Below the pieces are notes generated by a model. The model was not told the origin of the DNA. It worked only from the letters and a program-made list of their open reading frames with translations, and made no database searches. A stretch of 64,000 nucleotides of DNA. Source: Nemertoderma westbladi (Eukaryota > Animalia > Xenacoelomorpha). The position numbers were made by a program, and so were the translations under genes. Of this stretch, positions 47,201-58,700 are shown piece by piece (position 1 is the first letter of the stretch; every line of letters starts with the position of its first letter). Where the stretch lies: the NCBI GenBank assembly GCA_032718475.1, contig JAUCBJ010003239.1, forward strand, positions 46,859 through 110,858, given 5' to 3'.

Positions 47201-50055
47201 TAGCCACTGGAGTTGGTAGTGTTAAGGAAGGAATGGATCTATACAAAAATGCAAAACAAATATTAGCCCGGGGTGGTTTCAACATACGTAAATGGAATAC
47301 AAATAATACGGAGTTACAAGAAAATTTTAATAAAATGGAAAATTCAAATGTAACTGCTATAGTTAGTCAAGGTGAATCTTTGCCCGTAATCGGCGAAGAT
47401 ACCGAATCTGTTGCCAAAGCTACCTTAAATTTACCGAATCCAATGGCTTCTCATATTACAAGAGTATTAGGACAGTGTTGGGACTTACAAACGGACACAA
47501 TTACCTTCGACTTGTCACACGTATTACACTATGTAAGTACTTTACCCCCAACTAAAAGGTCAGTTTTACAACTAACGGCCAGGATCTATGATCCATTGGG
47601 TCTAATTGCGCCGTTTGTAGTACCTATGAAAGTAGCATTCCGAAATATGTGTGAATCAAATGTTAAATGGGATGATCCACTTCCAGACCAACTAAAAGGA
47701 AAATGGAATAAATGGGTCAAAGATTTACAAAATCTTAACCAAATATCAATTCCACGTTGTTATTTTACTGGAAAATTAATTTCAGTTGAAATACATTCAT
47801 TTTGTGACGCCAGTAAACAGCTGTATGCAGGAGTAGTATATTTACGCTCTATACATCAAAGTGGTGAGATAAATGTATCATTGGTAATGTGTAAGTCTAA
47901 AGTTACACCAAAAACTCAACCGTCAATACCGCGTCTAGAATTGCTAGGGGGGCTAATAACCTCTCGTCTAACTAAATTCGTATATAGTTCAATTAAAATA
48001 CAAATAGACGATGTCTATATATGGTGTGATGCCAAGGATGTCTTATTTTGGGTGTTAGATAAAAATAATACACAATACCAATTCGTTAAAAATCGCGTTC
48101 ATGAGATACGCGAAATAAAAAGGGCACTTAATATAACTTGGCGTTATTGTCCAGGAAAGATAAATCCGGCAGATCTCCCTACACGAGGTTTATCTGCAGT
48201 CGAATTGCAAGAATCAGTTCATTGGTTTAATGGACCCGAATTCTTGCAAGGGGGCGAGGAACAGTGGCCTCCTGACATAATTAGCGACATCAATAAAGTT
48301 TCTGATGCATGTCGAAAAGAAATAAAATGCCTGTCTGAGAATATTATAGACCAAACTACATCCAGTGTTGATTGTAATACTGATACTATATTATTAAACC
48401 AGGTGAATAATACAAACGCGTTCAAAATTAACGTCCCACCAGGTACAGTCATTAAGGGCCAGACAGACCAGTCTGTCCAGTTTATTATTGGTGATAAGTC
48501 CAAATCCACTTATGGGTTAAATAATATAGTATCTTTCACAGATTTTAGTTCAATGTACTCATTATGTGAAACTGTAGCCTGGGTATACCGTTTTCGTAAC
48601 AATTTAATGCTTGCTGTTGAAAAACAACCTTTAAATAAATTGTCATATTTAACAGCAAAAGAACTAAATCTTGCCGAGATTGTTGTTGTGAAATGCACAC
48701 AGCATACCTATTTCTCAGACTGTTTTACGTTCCTGAGAGATCAAAAGGGAAAATGCCCGGTTATTATAAAACAACTCGATGTTTTTATCGATGACCATGG
48801 CATTTTGCGTTGTGGGGGGCGCCTACAGAACGCACCTCTTTCACAGGGTTCACGACATCCTGTTCTGCTCCCACCCACCGCACACATAACCAAGCTCATT
48901 ATATCACGAGCTCATGAGCGTGTCGAGCACGGACGGGTTCGACACACTTTAGTCGAATTGCGTGAGAAATATTGGGTCCCACGCGGTCGCCAAATAGTCA
49001 AAAGTACAATCTCCCCTTGTGTAGCATGTAAAAGGGTACAGGGCGCACCATATTGTGCACCACCTATTGCACCCTTACCTGCAACTCGTTTAGATGATCA
49101 AGTAAATGCCTTCGAAATTACAGGGGTCGATTTCATGGGACCTCTCGTTGTTACAGCTAACCCGTTAGACCCAATATCTGCAACTGGAAAACAATGGGTG
49201 GCATTGTTTACCTGTGCCGTGGTTCGCGCGATACACTTAGAGTTGGTAAGTTCTCTAAGTGCCGTATCGTTTTTAAACGCTTTTAAGCGTTTCATAGCAA
49301 GAAGGGGCGTCCCACAACGCATGTTAAGTGATAATGCGACGAATTTTAGAGCGACTATAAAGGAGTTGAGAGCATACAATATATTTCTCGGAAATTCCCT
49401 GGTCACCGAGACATTTGGTAAATTAAAAATTGACTGGGAATTAAATTTGCCGGAAAATCCGGCTGCATATGGTTTCATAGAACGCCTCGTTGGTGTAACG
49501 AAGCATTCTTTACGAAAGGTGTTAGGTCGCGCAAAATTGACAGCTGAAGAGCTTCATAGCACCTTACTGGGTATTGAAGCTGCAGTAAATAGTAGACCTC
49601 TAACATGCGTCACTGATGACGCTAGTGACTTACACTCACCATTGACACCAAGTCACTTCCTAGTAGGTAAACGTCTTTGTACGCTGGTTGATGCGTCTGT
49701 ACGTGTAACCACACCACTTACTTCTAAAACTAAATTAAGAAACCGAGCACGATATCAAGAGATAATTAAAAACGAGTGTTGGTGTCAATGGCGTTCAGAA
49801 TACATCAAAGAATTACGTTCTCATCATCGTAATTTGAATAGTGGTAAATTTACTGCTAAAGTAGGTGACATTTGCATCCTACATTCTGAAAGTTTGCCAC
49901 GTTGCATGTGGAAACTTTGCCAGATAGAAAAACTTATAGTATCACGGGATGGCCATATACGATCTGCTCGTATCCGAGTCGCCCCTAGAGGGAAAGGCGC
50001 TACATCTCTAAATCGATCATTGCGTCAACTCATTCCTCTAGAAATCCAAGAATAA
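44275..50055 (+). CDS. F gag-pol polyprotein, 1926 aa, uninterrupted
   Basis: LPRLAPPVFDGNILNYRGW, three knuckles, FDPGS, LRVVFNAS, LYVDD, HSFCDAS, NPADLPTRG, GVDFMGP, SDNATNF, GFIERL. Confidence 0.97.
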   Translation: MTEPSTAEKLLKIARSRGGVRAAVTRKINDLDFNSSTVKKHMDVKMLERYLQHLNSMSEEYWALLDTATKINDDVNETEDYNVRIENAIVAIKESIRHEEHRTTEDASITLNADKVLNASFANQSLMDSRIYAQTVLPRLAPPVFDGNILNYRGWYEAFIAAIQDTALPDVLKFQQLLRSVRGPAKTLLAGLPVDGSNFSVAMDLLKERYGNEKKIAAAHIQQLRSITRLSGCPLREIHDTCVAHIRALKALSVEPTQYQLTVIPDIVSCIPRTLAIKLCKKVSGGAIEDVLWLIKQVGEELNAEEALDEMFKSANLQQGETKRDKPKVKDPPNLPTAASLHATASPQYAGKSEANNNRSVTNKGNNKFNNCIFCNGRHKGAKCRTVSNIDERRQHIRDKGFCFRCHRKGHGVSECRSTRVCGTCGSHSHHEAVCNEQSYSASTPDDANHRPSQSAKSESIRGTKEPSCSESRKVSVGNVTSGTHLCTPLGASYRPTSTANSDEVLLQTATIDCKINSSRVININTVFDPGSQRSFITQQLVDRWNIPVVEKLSLPVSGFGATEEPIPLKRDIVEISLCLRNNDNIAMKVAVVDTICRPISNWVSRNTWERCRYLESLDLADESLRCATSETLFSVDLLIGTDKYWDIVSGTVMRGCSDDPVALDSSIGWILSGTARQVAYENTAPLRMILPTSTEVLTTMTQTLYTNDSHKSLVDLIKQFYSLESIGINLNEPDIFYKVLGKFAMQNGLYTVGLPWKLPKCHITNDFDYCSGILRSTLNRLSRSGILERYDEVIKDHLTHGYIEPIELEHNSRYGENCHYIPHYGVLKETRLTTKLRVVFNASAKRSETSLSLNDCLMTGPNSIPNLCTQIINFRINFVGVIADLEHAFMRCGINPQDRDMLRFLWVRDIHNWSTTDTKLDLVGYRYTRAMFGLNCSQDILYATLQHHLDIESKTTDQVVLAIIDKLRSLYVDDLATGVGSVKEGMDLYKNAKQILARGGFNIRKWNTNNTELQENFNKMENSNVTAIVSQGESLPVIGEDTESVAKATLNLPNPMASHITRVLGQCWDLQTDTITFDLSHVLHYVSTLPPTKRSVLQLTARIYDPLGLIAPFVVPMKVAFRNMCESNVKWDDPLPDQLKGKWNKWVKDLQNLNQISIPRCYFTGKLISVEIHSFCDASKQLYAGVVYLRSIHQSGEINVSLVMCKSKVTPKTQPSIPRLELLGGLITSRLTKFVYSSIKIQIDDVYIWCDAKDVLFWVLDKNNTQYQFVKNRVHEIREIKRALNITWRYCPGKINPADLPTRGLSAVELQESVHWFNGPEFLQGGEEQWPPDIISDINKVSDACRKEIKCLSENIIDQTTSSVDCNTDTILLNQVNNTNAFKINVPPGTVIKGQTDQSVQFIIGDKSKSTYGLNNIVSFTDFSSMYSLCETVAWVYRFRNNLMLAVEKQPLNKLSYLTAKELNLAEIVVVKCTQHTYFSDCFTFLRDQKGKCPVIIKQLDVFIDDHGILRCGGRLQNAPLSQGSRHPVLLPPTAHITKLIISRAHERVEHGRVRHTLVELREKYWVPRGRQIVKSTISPCVACKRVQGAPYCAPPIAPLPATRLDDQVNAFEITGVDFMGPLVVTANPLDPISATGKQWVALFTCAVVRAIHLELVSSLSAVSFLNAFKRFIARRGVPQRMLSDNATNFRATIKELRAYNIFLGNSLVTETFGKLKIDWELNLPENPAAYGFIERLVGVTKHSLRKVLGRAKLTAEELHSTLLGIEAAVNSRPLTCVTDDASDLHSPLTPSHFLVGKRLCTLVDASVRVTTPLTSKTKLRNRARYQEIIKNECWCQWRSEYIKELRSHHRNLNSGKFTAKVGDICILHSESLPRCMWKLCQIEKLIVSRDGHIRSARIRVAPRGKGATSLNRSLRQLIPLEIQE

Positions 50056-50251
50056 AATGTGTTTATTTATGTGTTTACTTACTTATTCAAATTTTTAGAA
50101 AATTTTAGGTTACGGACAGTACTTAATGACGTTTTAGATACTGTAGTTTCACAGTAGATACTGTAGAATTACAACAGTACCGCTTATACACACACCACTC
50201 ACATTCACAAAAGGGGGACCGTTGGGTGTAGACTCTTGTCTACGGGGGGAG

Positions 50252-50610
50252 TGTTATAGAATAAGCTAAATTTATAAATTATCACCCTCGCAAATTGTAT
50301 TACTGTATGTAGTGCGTACAGTACAAAAGGGGAATATTGGGTTTTTAGTTTTATATATAAATACTGTATGCGTTGCGATTTTCCCGTTTTACCGGTACTA
50401 CAATTAGTTGTCATGTTGTGATCAGTTGTCACTAGTTTATGGTATAGTGTTAATACCTGTCTGTATGTTAACAATGTCTACAACGTATACCGTAGTACAG
50501 CAATTTTAATTGTATGTTTAAACTGGAAATATTATAACAAGTAACAGATTGAAGGAGAAACTTTCCTTTCCTTTACCCTAACCCAATGGAATAGAACCAA
50601 TTCCACGACA
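50252..50610 (+). repeat. F 3' LTR, preceded by PPT GGGGGGAG (50244-50251)
   Basis: Direct repeat at offset 6639. Confidence 0.97.
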
Positions 50611-50708
50611 CATACTATACAAAATGGATGGGTTCAAATATATGGGTGTTTCGATTTCCCTATCTAAATACCACTGCGTTATTATGCCTTATCTAAAATA
50701 TTATGCTG

Positions 50709-50798
50709 CACAACGGACTAATATTACGTACAGTATAACGGACTAATATTGCATACTGCATAACGAACTAATATTGCATACTGCATAATGACTAATAT
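50709..50798. repeat. 25-bp tandem repeat (about 3.6 copies) near the U3 end of the E LTR
   Basis: CATAACGGACTAATATTGCATACTG units. Confidence 0.9.
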
Positions 50799-51320
50799 AT
50801 GTGGATACAGCGCCATATACCGTAACACCGCTCCAAGGGAAATCATATAATGTTTCCCTCCAATTGTAGAAGAGTATAAGGTGATGTATACAAAACAAAT
50901 AAATTTCTTCTAATCTAAAACTAATCTAAATACTTGATACTATAAATCCTACTATTTACAAAATATTGCTATAGATATTGCATAATGAATTGCATACAAA
51001 TTAAATTTACAAATATTATCTCTCTCTCATTGTTAACGATTATTACATACAAATTAAATTTACAAAATATTGTTTCTCGTTCATTCTTACTACATAATGA
51101 TTACTACATACAAAATCAAATATATAAAATTTTGCTAGGGCAAGTGAAAGGAGTAAGCCAAACCCGCAGGTTTGTCTCCCCAATCACTTCCTTCGCCTCT
51201 CTCATAATATAAATTCAAAATAACTCAACTAGTGTATATGAGTCTAGTCGAAGATTTCCAAATGCTACAATATACATCAGAGCGACGATGATGTATATAT
51301 CTAGAGTCTGTTGCCCTGTG

Positions 51321-54300
51321 CTATAATGTATTATCGACCCGCTCCTGGGTTCTTTGGGCTCCTCTCTTCCGCCCCCTTCCCAGATACACTAATCGTCCTC
51401 TAGTCGACTCCGTTGACGGCGTCCGTGAGGCGTCACTTCCCAGAACCGGCGACGACGTTCCCTGAGCCCCGACAGATTCCCGGCTTGTACTTCTCCCTCG
51501 GCCTCGTCCCAATTGTTGCGCTCCCGTGGTCGCTTCCGCCAACTCTTCCTTATGCAGTTGCACTCGCGCTTTTTCAGACGCTCCCTGCGCCTTGCGCTGC
51601 AACCTTTGCGCTTCTATAATAGAATGGTAGTGGTCGTCCTTGACTTGACGCTTGTCTTGGACCTCTCCTCCTGGTTCCTTCCGCGAGCCTTGAGCTCCAG
51701 CGGTCGTCGCTGTGGTCGCTGCGATCCTTTGTTCCTGTATCCTCTCAGCGGTCAATGAACCCACTGGCACATGAGTCAACAAGAATTCGTTGCGGTATTG
51801 TATAGCCGCCATCCTCCAATCACCTCGCGCGCGTACCACTTTTCTAGTCTCCGTAAATACACCCTTCGTGATGCGATCGCAAATAGCAACGAAGTTCCAG
51901 GTGTACTTATTGTCCATATTCAATTGTCTGAAGTATTCTCGGACTACGATAACTCCAGTGTTCTGTGGAAGGTCTTGAGCAGTTAGGATGAGTTCCTGAT
52001 ATTGTGGTAGCGATTGTAGATATGGCTCGTACGCAACATGCGATGGGTCTACCGCCCAAAACCCATATCCCGCTTTAAATGGTAACCAACGCATCTGCGC
52101 TTGAATATGGTAATCCGCCACACTCTCCCACTTATCTAACATCTCCCGAAGTAGGTTAGCGCTATGGTTTTGAAAGGAATCATCTCGCAGCTGACATCTC
52201 GCGCTACGATGTCCCTTTACCCCACAATATCCACATTGAGAAATGAAGACGGTGCACGTGTGAAACGAATGGTCGGTCTCATTACACCAACGACAGACCT
52301 TATGCGCCGCCTCTACTACCGCGTCGCACGACTTTAGATTGTGCCTTGTGCTGCCGCACAATTTGCACCTACGCGTTTGTGGAAACCAGGCCCTCTCGTA
52401 TATGAGGTCTCCAATTGGTTTCGCACTTCCTTCCTTCCCAATGTCTAATACGATGTCGTCCTCTCCGGTCAACGGTTGTCGATCCGGAACAAAGTAAACA
52501 TCCTCGCCCTTGTCCTCTATCTCCAATATTTCCTCCCGCATTCGTTTTGGATATGTCTTCTCCACCGGAAGATCTACTCTGAACACCTCTACTAACGTCT
52601 CCGGCCAGCCCTCCTTAACAGGTCTATCAGCCTCCGAGTGGAAGGGAGTACCAAACCCGCGGGTTTGATTCCCGAACCACTTCTCCAAAGCTTCTGGCGT
52701 CGGATATTCCATCGACGGTCGGTCTCCCAAATCTCCGATGTTCTGTCGATATACTCCTTCGAATATCGCTAATCCTCTCCTCACCATCGACGTATTCTCT
52801 AACGATTGGTTGAAGAACGGGGTTAAGAAACGCTTCATCACGTCGGATTGGATTCCCCCTTTCGAGCGAACGTATTGATCTCCTCCGAATACCAATGGAT
52901 GACGCTTCAAAACTCGCGAAACGATATCCGCTAATAAACAAGTCACAGTGTTCGACTCAAGCACCAAATAATATTGTAGCGACGCACGGGGTGGCGCGCA
53001 AATGTTCCAATACACTAACGCTTGCCGCTTGAAGTGGGATTTGAACTCCGCTCCCGGTGGCGTGTTGTATTCGCCATACGCCTCCTCGTACCTCTTTTGC
53101 GTCTTTAACTTAAAGTCCCAATTATACAACAAGTGTGCTATAAAGCCCATACCAGTCTTGGCAGAGTTGGGATACTCCCTATAAATTCCAATATCCTGTG
53201 CCCATAGCAACAATAGCTTGGTGTCGACAAACGGTCTCGGCAATCTATCTTCCAGATCAGTCATGGCGTTGAAGTCGCTCTCCAAATCGCTCTGGACTCC
53301 CGATCCCACCTTGACGTAATCTTGGTTGAGAATAGCCTCTCTAACTTTCTTGGGTAACATCCTGGCGTCGATACGCTCCGCTCCATGCATACCTCCTCGC
53401 CTGCATACCTCCAAAATCTGTTCCCTAGGATCCTTCCCCTTCCGATATTGTGTCGTTATGATGGGCTCCGGTCTCTCTCGATCCGCCCTCACACGCATAA
53501 ACACATGAGTCACACCATCGGCCGCACGAATTTGAATACACTTGCTAGTCAAACATTCATGATGGGACCCTCCTTCATTGTTGTAGAACATCACCCTTCA
53601 ATCTTGCAGTGATTCCTCCGTTTTCCTCCACTGACGCTGAATCTCGTCTGATGGGGTCCACATGCGCTCGATAGCCTTGTGGTCATCATATCGGGTATAA
53701 GAACCCTTCCTCCTCAGCCACGTCTGGTCTACCTCTTCGTCGTCTGGGAATGTAGCCACCGCGACCCATACCTTGATGTACTTATCCAACCATCCGAATA
53801 GTTTACTCTCCTTCCCCGGAGCTCCAATCTTATCCAACGTGTCGTAATCTGTGATCTGCATTGGGACATCACGCAAGAACTTCGCGCATAAAACTTCCCG
53901 TAGACAGTCAACGTTCCAATGGTCCGCCATTCTTACCATCGGCAAGAATCGTATCGCTTCTCGCGACTCCGGATGATCTACTAATATCGCAGGTTCGGTG
54001 CCGTCGGAATAATACACCGGTCCGGGTTGAGATACGACCTGTGGAACAAATCCGGTCACTCTCCTCGTCTCCTCTTGATGTCTATCCGCGGTCTTATTAT
54101 ACTCCGCTATCCTGTTCTCAAATAACTCTTTCGCCTTCGCCGCTCGCTCCTCCTGCCGCAACGCGTCTATGTCGTCCTGATGCTCAGGCGTGAGGCTTCT
54201 CGCTCGGTGAGGTGAAGTAAACGCAGTCCAGGGACTCGAGAGCTCCAAACCCGCGGGTTTGGTACCCGAGTCCCGCGCCGCTTCGCGCCGCGCCTCTAGT

Positions 54301-55034
54301 TCCTTATAGGCTCGGTACAGCGAAATGGCCGCTGCCGTCTCTATCAAACTGGGTGTCGAACAGGGTTTAATCTCCGTATACGGATCTAATGTCGTAACGG
54401 TCGGCGTAATGGGTCTCGGAGGTCGCTTTCCGCTGAAGTCGATACTGATCATCGGGTTGCTCATCGGGTAACCTCCCTCGTTATATCTAAGGAATTGGTG
54501 AGCTGGACATTGCGTTAATATCGGTTCTGGATGTTGCTCGTCTAATCGGTCGGGAATCGCCACGTCTTGTTTATTCATGCATTCACCACACTTGTAGAAG
54601 AGCTTGTACACGCTGAAGACTTTCGGCGTCTCCTGATCCTCACCTCGAGTCCTCCGGTATAGATGCATTCCGTCGAACTGGTCTCGGACTGCAGGTAGAG
54701 GCTCCTCATGTCGTAAATACATATTCATATGGTATAGTCGTGCGATTTCCTCGTACGGATCTGCGCTGATGTCGCACACGTCCAAAGCGAAGTCGTAGGG
54801 ATACCGCGTGCGATACTCTCTCCGCAAAAGTTCCATCCGGTCCCCCAAGGCTCTCATTCTTTCCCTCCGTAATTCTTTATCATAACTTGGCTTGTATTTC
54901 CCGTTCAGTTCCATCACGGACCGCCCATGGTAGTAAACGTTAGAGTCTTTACATCCTGGTCGCGCGAACGGTAGCTCCGCCTCCTCTCTGGCAGTAAATC
55001 CTCTGCGCGGTTGCGCTCTAATATCCCTCTCCAT
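51321..55034 (-). pseudogene. E ORF2 (1237 codons, one in-frame TGA at 53598): DEDDy-like exonuclease plus three CCHC knuckles, homolog of B ORF2
   Basis: ORFs 53598-55034 and 51321-53594 share a frame. VMFYNNEG, IQIRAADGVTHVF, LPKKVREAILNQDYVKVGSGVQSDL, FVDTKL, YYLVLE; CKLCGSTRHNLKSC, CRWCNETDHSFHTC, CGYCGVKGHRSARC. Confidence 0.82.
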
Positions 55035-55797
55035 TATGCCTCGCGTATATACATATATATATATCCCAATAAGGGCCGTTACGTAACCAATTACACTGTG
55101 GGTAAATCAGTTAGATGTCGCCGAAGGACAGACCTCCCGAACCCCCCCCCCCCCGCCTTCCAGCAGTTCAGGTTCGACTCTCTAGATCCCGTCTCTTCCT
55201 AACTAACTATCCTCTAACCTATTCCCATGCATAGCGCAAAAACTTTGGAGATAAACTGGCCGTGACCAACTCACTTTTTGATGCCCAAACTACTCCCATT
55301 ACTCGTACTAAACTACAGTAGTTAGAAAGGACCATAGCCACAATACTCGACTATACCAAACCCACAGGTTTGATAATCGAACATCACACATCCTGCAAAC
55401 TACTGAGTGGGGTCCATGTACGCCTCTGGTGCTACTAACCTTTAGCACCTTAGTTGCACTGTTGGCACCAATCTGTGGAAGTTGCTAAACTCAATTTACA
55501 CTCCTACGTAATATAGCCGTCACCATGGTTTCTAAATGCTATTTTCCAGGCTTCACGACTTTTCAAATTACTGTTATCTATAGACGAATTCTAAAACGCG
55601 TCTATACACAGCGTCTGGAATTGTCTTGGGTTCACTTCTAATTTTAAAATTTTTAATTTTCCAAAAAATTTTTGAAAATAAAATTTTGTTTTGATACCCA
55701 CCAGACAAAACTCAACGCAAATCACCACAACCCCGTTCCTATGCATTTCCTTGTATTTGCATACGAGGAATGTATACGAAGTGAGTTGCGTCTAACA

Positions 55798-58700
55798 CTA
55801 ACTCTGTTTTGAGGCAGGAGACAAACTATAATCTCCCGTCTCGATACGTGTCTCCTCTAATAACACAATATCCTGGACCGGTCGGTCCAAGGTGTGTAAA
55901 CCATTAGTTTTACACTTTTTTGGGTGTGGACACTTGCACCTAATTTTCACAGTGACTGTGCGCACTATGTTTTGAAGGTCTGGGTGTGTGCGCAAGATCA
56001 CTCCTGTCTCCCAATACTTTCTCTTGACAATGGGTTCGGTTATCAATACGTAATCTCCCTTTTGGAGACTCCGAACCGTTTTGTACCACTTTGTTCTGGT
56101 GGATATGGTGGGAAGATAGTATTCCCGCCAATATTCCCAGAATGTGTACGCCACAAACTGTGTCATTTTCCAGCTCTTACGACTATATAGGTCGGCACTA
56201 ATGGGTTCTGATGCCGGCACAAGAAACGCTGGACTCTGCATTAGCAAATGATTCGGCGTCAATGCAACACCGTCTGGCAACATAGCTATCGGCCTCGAGT
56301 TTAGTGTATGCTCGATTTCGATGAAAGCTGTGACCAGTTCGTCGTCGGTAAGTTGTTTGTTCACAGGCAACGTCTTGGCAATAGCCTGTTTTACAGAGCG
56401 AACTAAACGCTCCCAACTTCCTCCTCTCCAAGGACTTTCTGGAGTATTGAATCTCCACTCTACTCTTTGCGGCAAAAGTGCTGCAGAAATTTCCTTATTC
56501 TGTGCCGCTTTATGCGCCGCGTTCAACTCGCTATTCCCTCCGACAAAGTTTGTACTCTTATCGGAGTAGAACGCATTTACTAGTCCTCTCCTGGCCATAA
56601 ATCTCTTCAAGGCCAGGAGCAGAGATTTGGTCGACATGTCTGCCACACGCTCGATATGTATGGCTCTACTCGCCATACATGTCAGTAGCAGACCCCATCG
56701 TTTGTGGGTCAGCCGTCCACTCTTTGCCTCAATCGGACCAAAACAATCCACCCCTGTGTTCGTAAAGGGTGGGTCATATGCCTGCACTCTCGCTTCCGGG
56801 AGTTCAGCCATCTCCTGTTCCAATACTCTGGCGTTCACTCTCTTGCAAACCAGACAGGCGTCGTACATAGTGCCGACTGCCCTGCTTGGCTGCAATAGAA
56901 TGAATCGCTGTCTCGCTGCCGACAAACAGTGTAACCTTCCCGCGTGATGCAACCGCTTGTGTATATCCCATAGAATTGCTCTTTGCAATTCTATTGGGTG
57001 ACTAGGGATTATCACTGGGAACCTAAACTGTGAGTTTATGTCGACAGTCTGGATTCTCGATCTATGACAAATCAAACCCTTATGGATTAATGGACTCCAT
57101 TTTCTAAGGGGTTTATAGAGAACTAGTCGTTGAGCCGATAATAGATGGAATTCTTTTGGGAAGGCACACACTTGATAATGTTTCAAATGCTTTAATTCCG
57201 CTTGATCAATCTCATCCTCTGTCAGAGGTTGTTTCAATTTCCGAATTCGCTCACTATTGGTGCTCAATGGTTCTCTCAAATGTTTCGAATGTTTTAAACA
57301 AAGGTACAAAATGTATCGGCTTAACCACGCAGTTCTTTTACAAATTGTCAGCCAAGAGGCAGACGAATTTAGTAATTTGTCATAAACACTGCATGACTCT
57401 AATGCCAGCGACGGTTGTCCGCTAACTAATGGAAGTTTCGAATCCAAACCCGCAGGTTTGGAAACCAAAGGCTCCATTGTGTCGGTCATTTTCTGTCCGT
57501 CACTTACCAACTGTGACTGTCGTCTAGTCTGTAAGGGTGGTTTGATGTCATAACTTACCCTTCCTGACCTAGTAGTCACGTAAGTCTGTTGGTCTGACAG
57601 GTCTCCGCGCCGCTCCAATAACTCTTCAGGCCGCTCCAATGACTCTTCAGGCCGCTCCAATGACTTAAGTTTGGCTTTAGACTTCGACTTAGAGACTTTC
57701 TCCACCTTGACTTCTGCATCTTCAGGCATCGGATTGGTCACTATCTTCAGTCGCTCCGGCCAATGTTCCTGTGTCCTCGTTAGAAAATCAGGTCCATGCA
57801 ACCAAAACTCCTGCGACTCTTAGTGACAGAATTCCGCCGGCATTGCACCTCTCGAAGTTATGTCGGCCGGGTTCAACACTCCCGGACAATGTCTCCACTG
57901 TTCCTTCGTCGAAAAATCAACGATCTGAGCGCGTCTATTGGCCACAAATGTCTTTAGTGCAATATTGTCGGCCGCAATGTATACTAACACTAAGGATGCG
58001 TCCGTACAATAGAATAAGGTCAATGTCGTATCTAACTCCTCAGTTATTTGCTTACTTACCTCGACCGAAACTACAGCCGCCTGTAACTCTGCACGAGGGA
58101 CAGTCATGTATTTGACCGGCATTGTCTTTGATCTAGAAGTCACAAAGGCCGTCTCAAACTTGTCCTGACTTACCTCTCGGCGAAGGTAGGCTACCATACC
58201 AAAGCCGGTGTCACTTGCGTCACTAAACATATGCAGCTCTAAATCAGCTGGGAATACCAGCTGATTCGGAAAGTAGGAGCGGGGTACATCTATGTTTTTC
58301 AATAGATGTAACTCGGCTTCCCACTCCCTCCACTGCTTTGCATGTATAGGAGATATTGGTTCGTCCCACTCTAAGTCGGACAACCAAATTTTCCTCATGC
58401 ACGCTCGTGCCTGTAATATTACCGGACTGATAAAGTTCATCGGGTCAAATAGTCTACTTAAAGTCGATAAGCAAATTCTCTTAGTTAAAACTTTGTCTGG
58501 GCTACTAGGCTCAAATCTAACTCTTACCTGGAACTTGTCTGAGTTCGGGTTCCAAGCGAGTCCCAGTACTCGCGCCATGGGGATTGGTTCTACCCCCAAT
58601 TCAATGTCTCCGCTCCCGCGATCTTTCACCGGGAACGACTCTAATAAGGCCTCTGAGTTCGTAGTGAACTTGGTCAGAGGAAATCCCCCTGTAGCCAAGC

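Larger units (their letters stand above)
43613..50610 (+). mobile_element. Complete, intact Bel/Pao element F (6998 bp)
   Basis: 359-bp LTRs at 43613-43971 and 50252-50610 with no difference seen. TSD CATAC at 43608-43612 and 50611-50615. Confidence 0.98.
41622..50827 (-). repeat. Inferred E 3' LTR (about 2.2 kb after removing F)
   Basis: TG...CA termini. The PPT context GGAGCGG|TGT resembles GGAGCAG|TGT in B. The partner LTR is not in the window, so the boundaries are inferred. Confidence 0.65.

Noticed and set aside
50709-50798. CRISPR-like array
   Set aside because: Head-to-tail 25-bp units with no unique spacers, in a eukaryotic retroelement context.
51321-55034. ORF2 as a host gene lying between elements
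   Set aside because: It is intronless and sits in the same position and orientation between integrase and PPT/LTR in two different elements.
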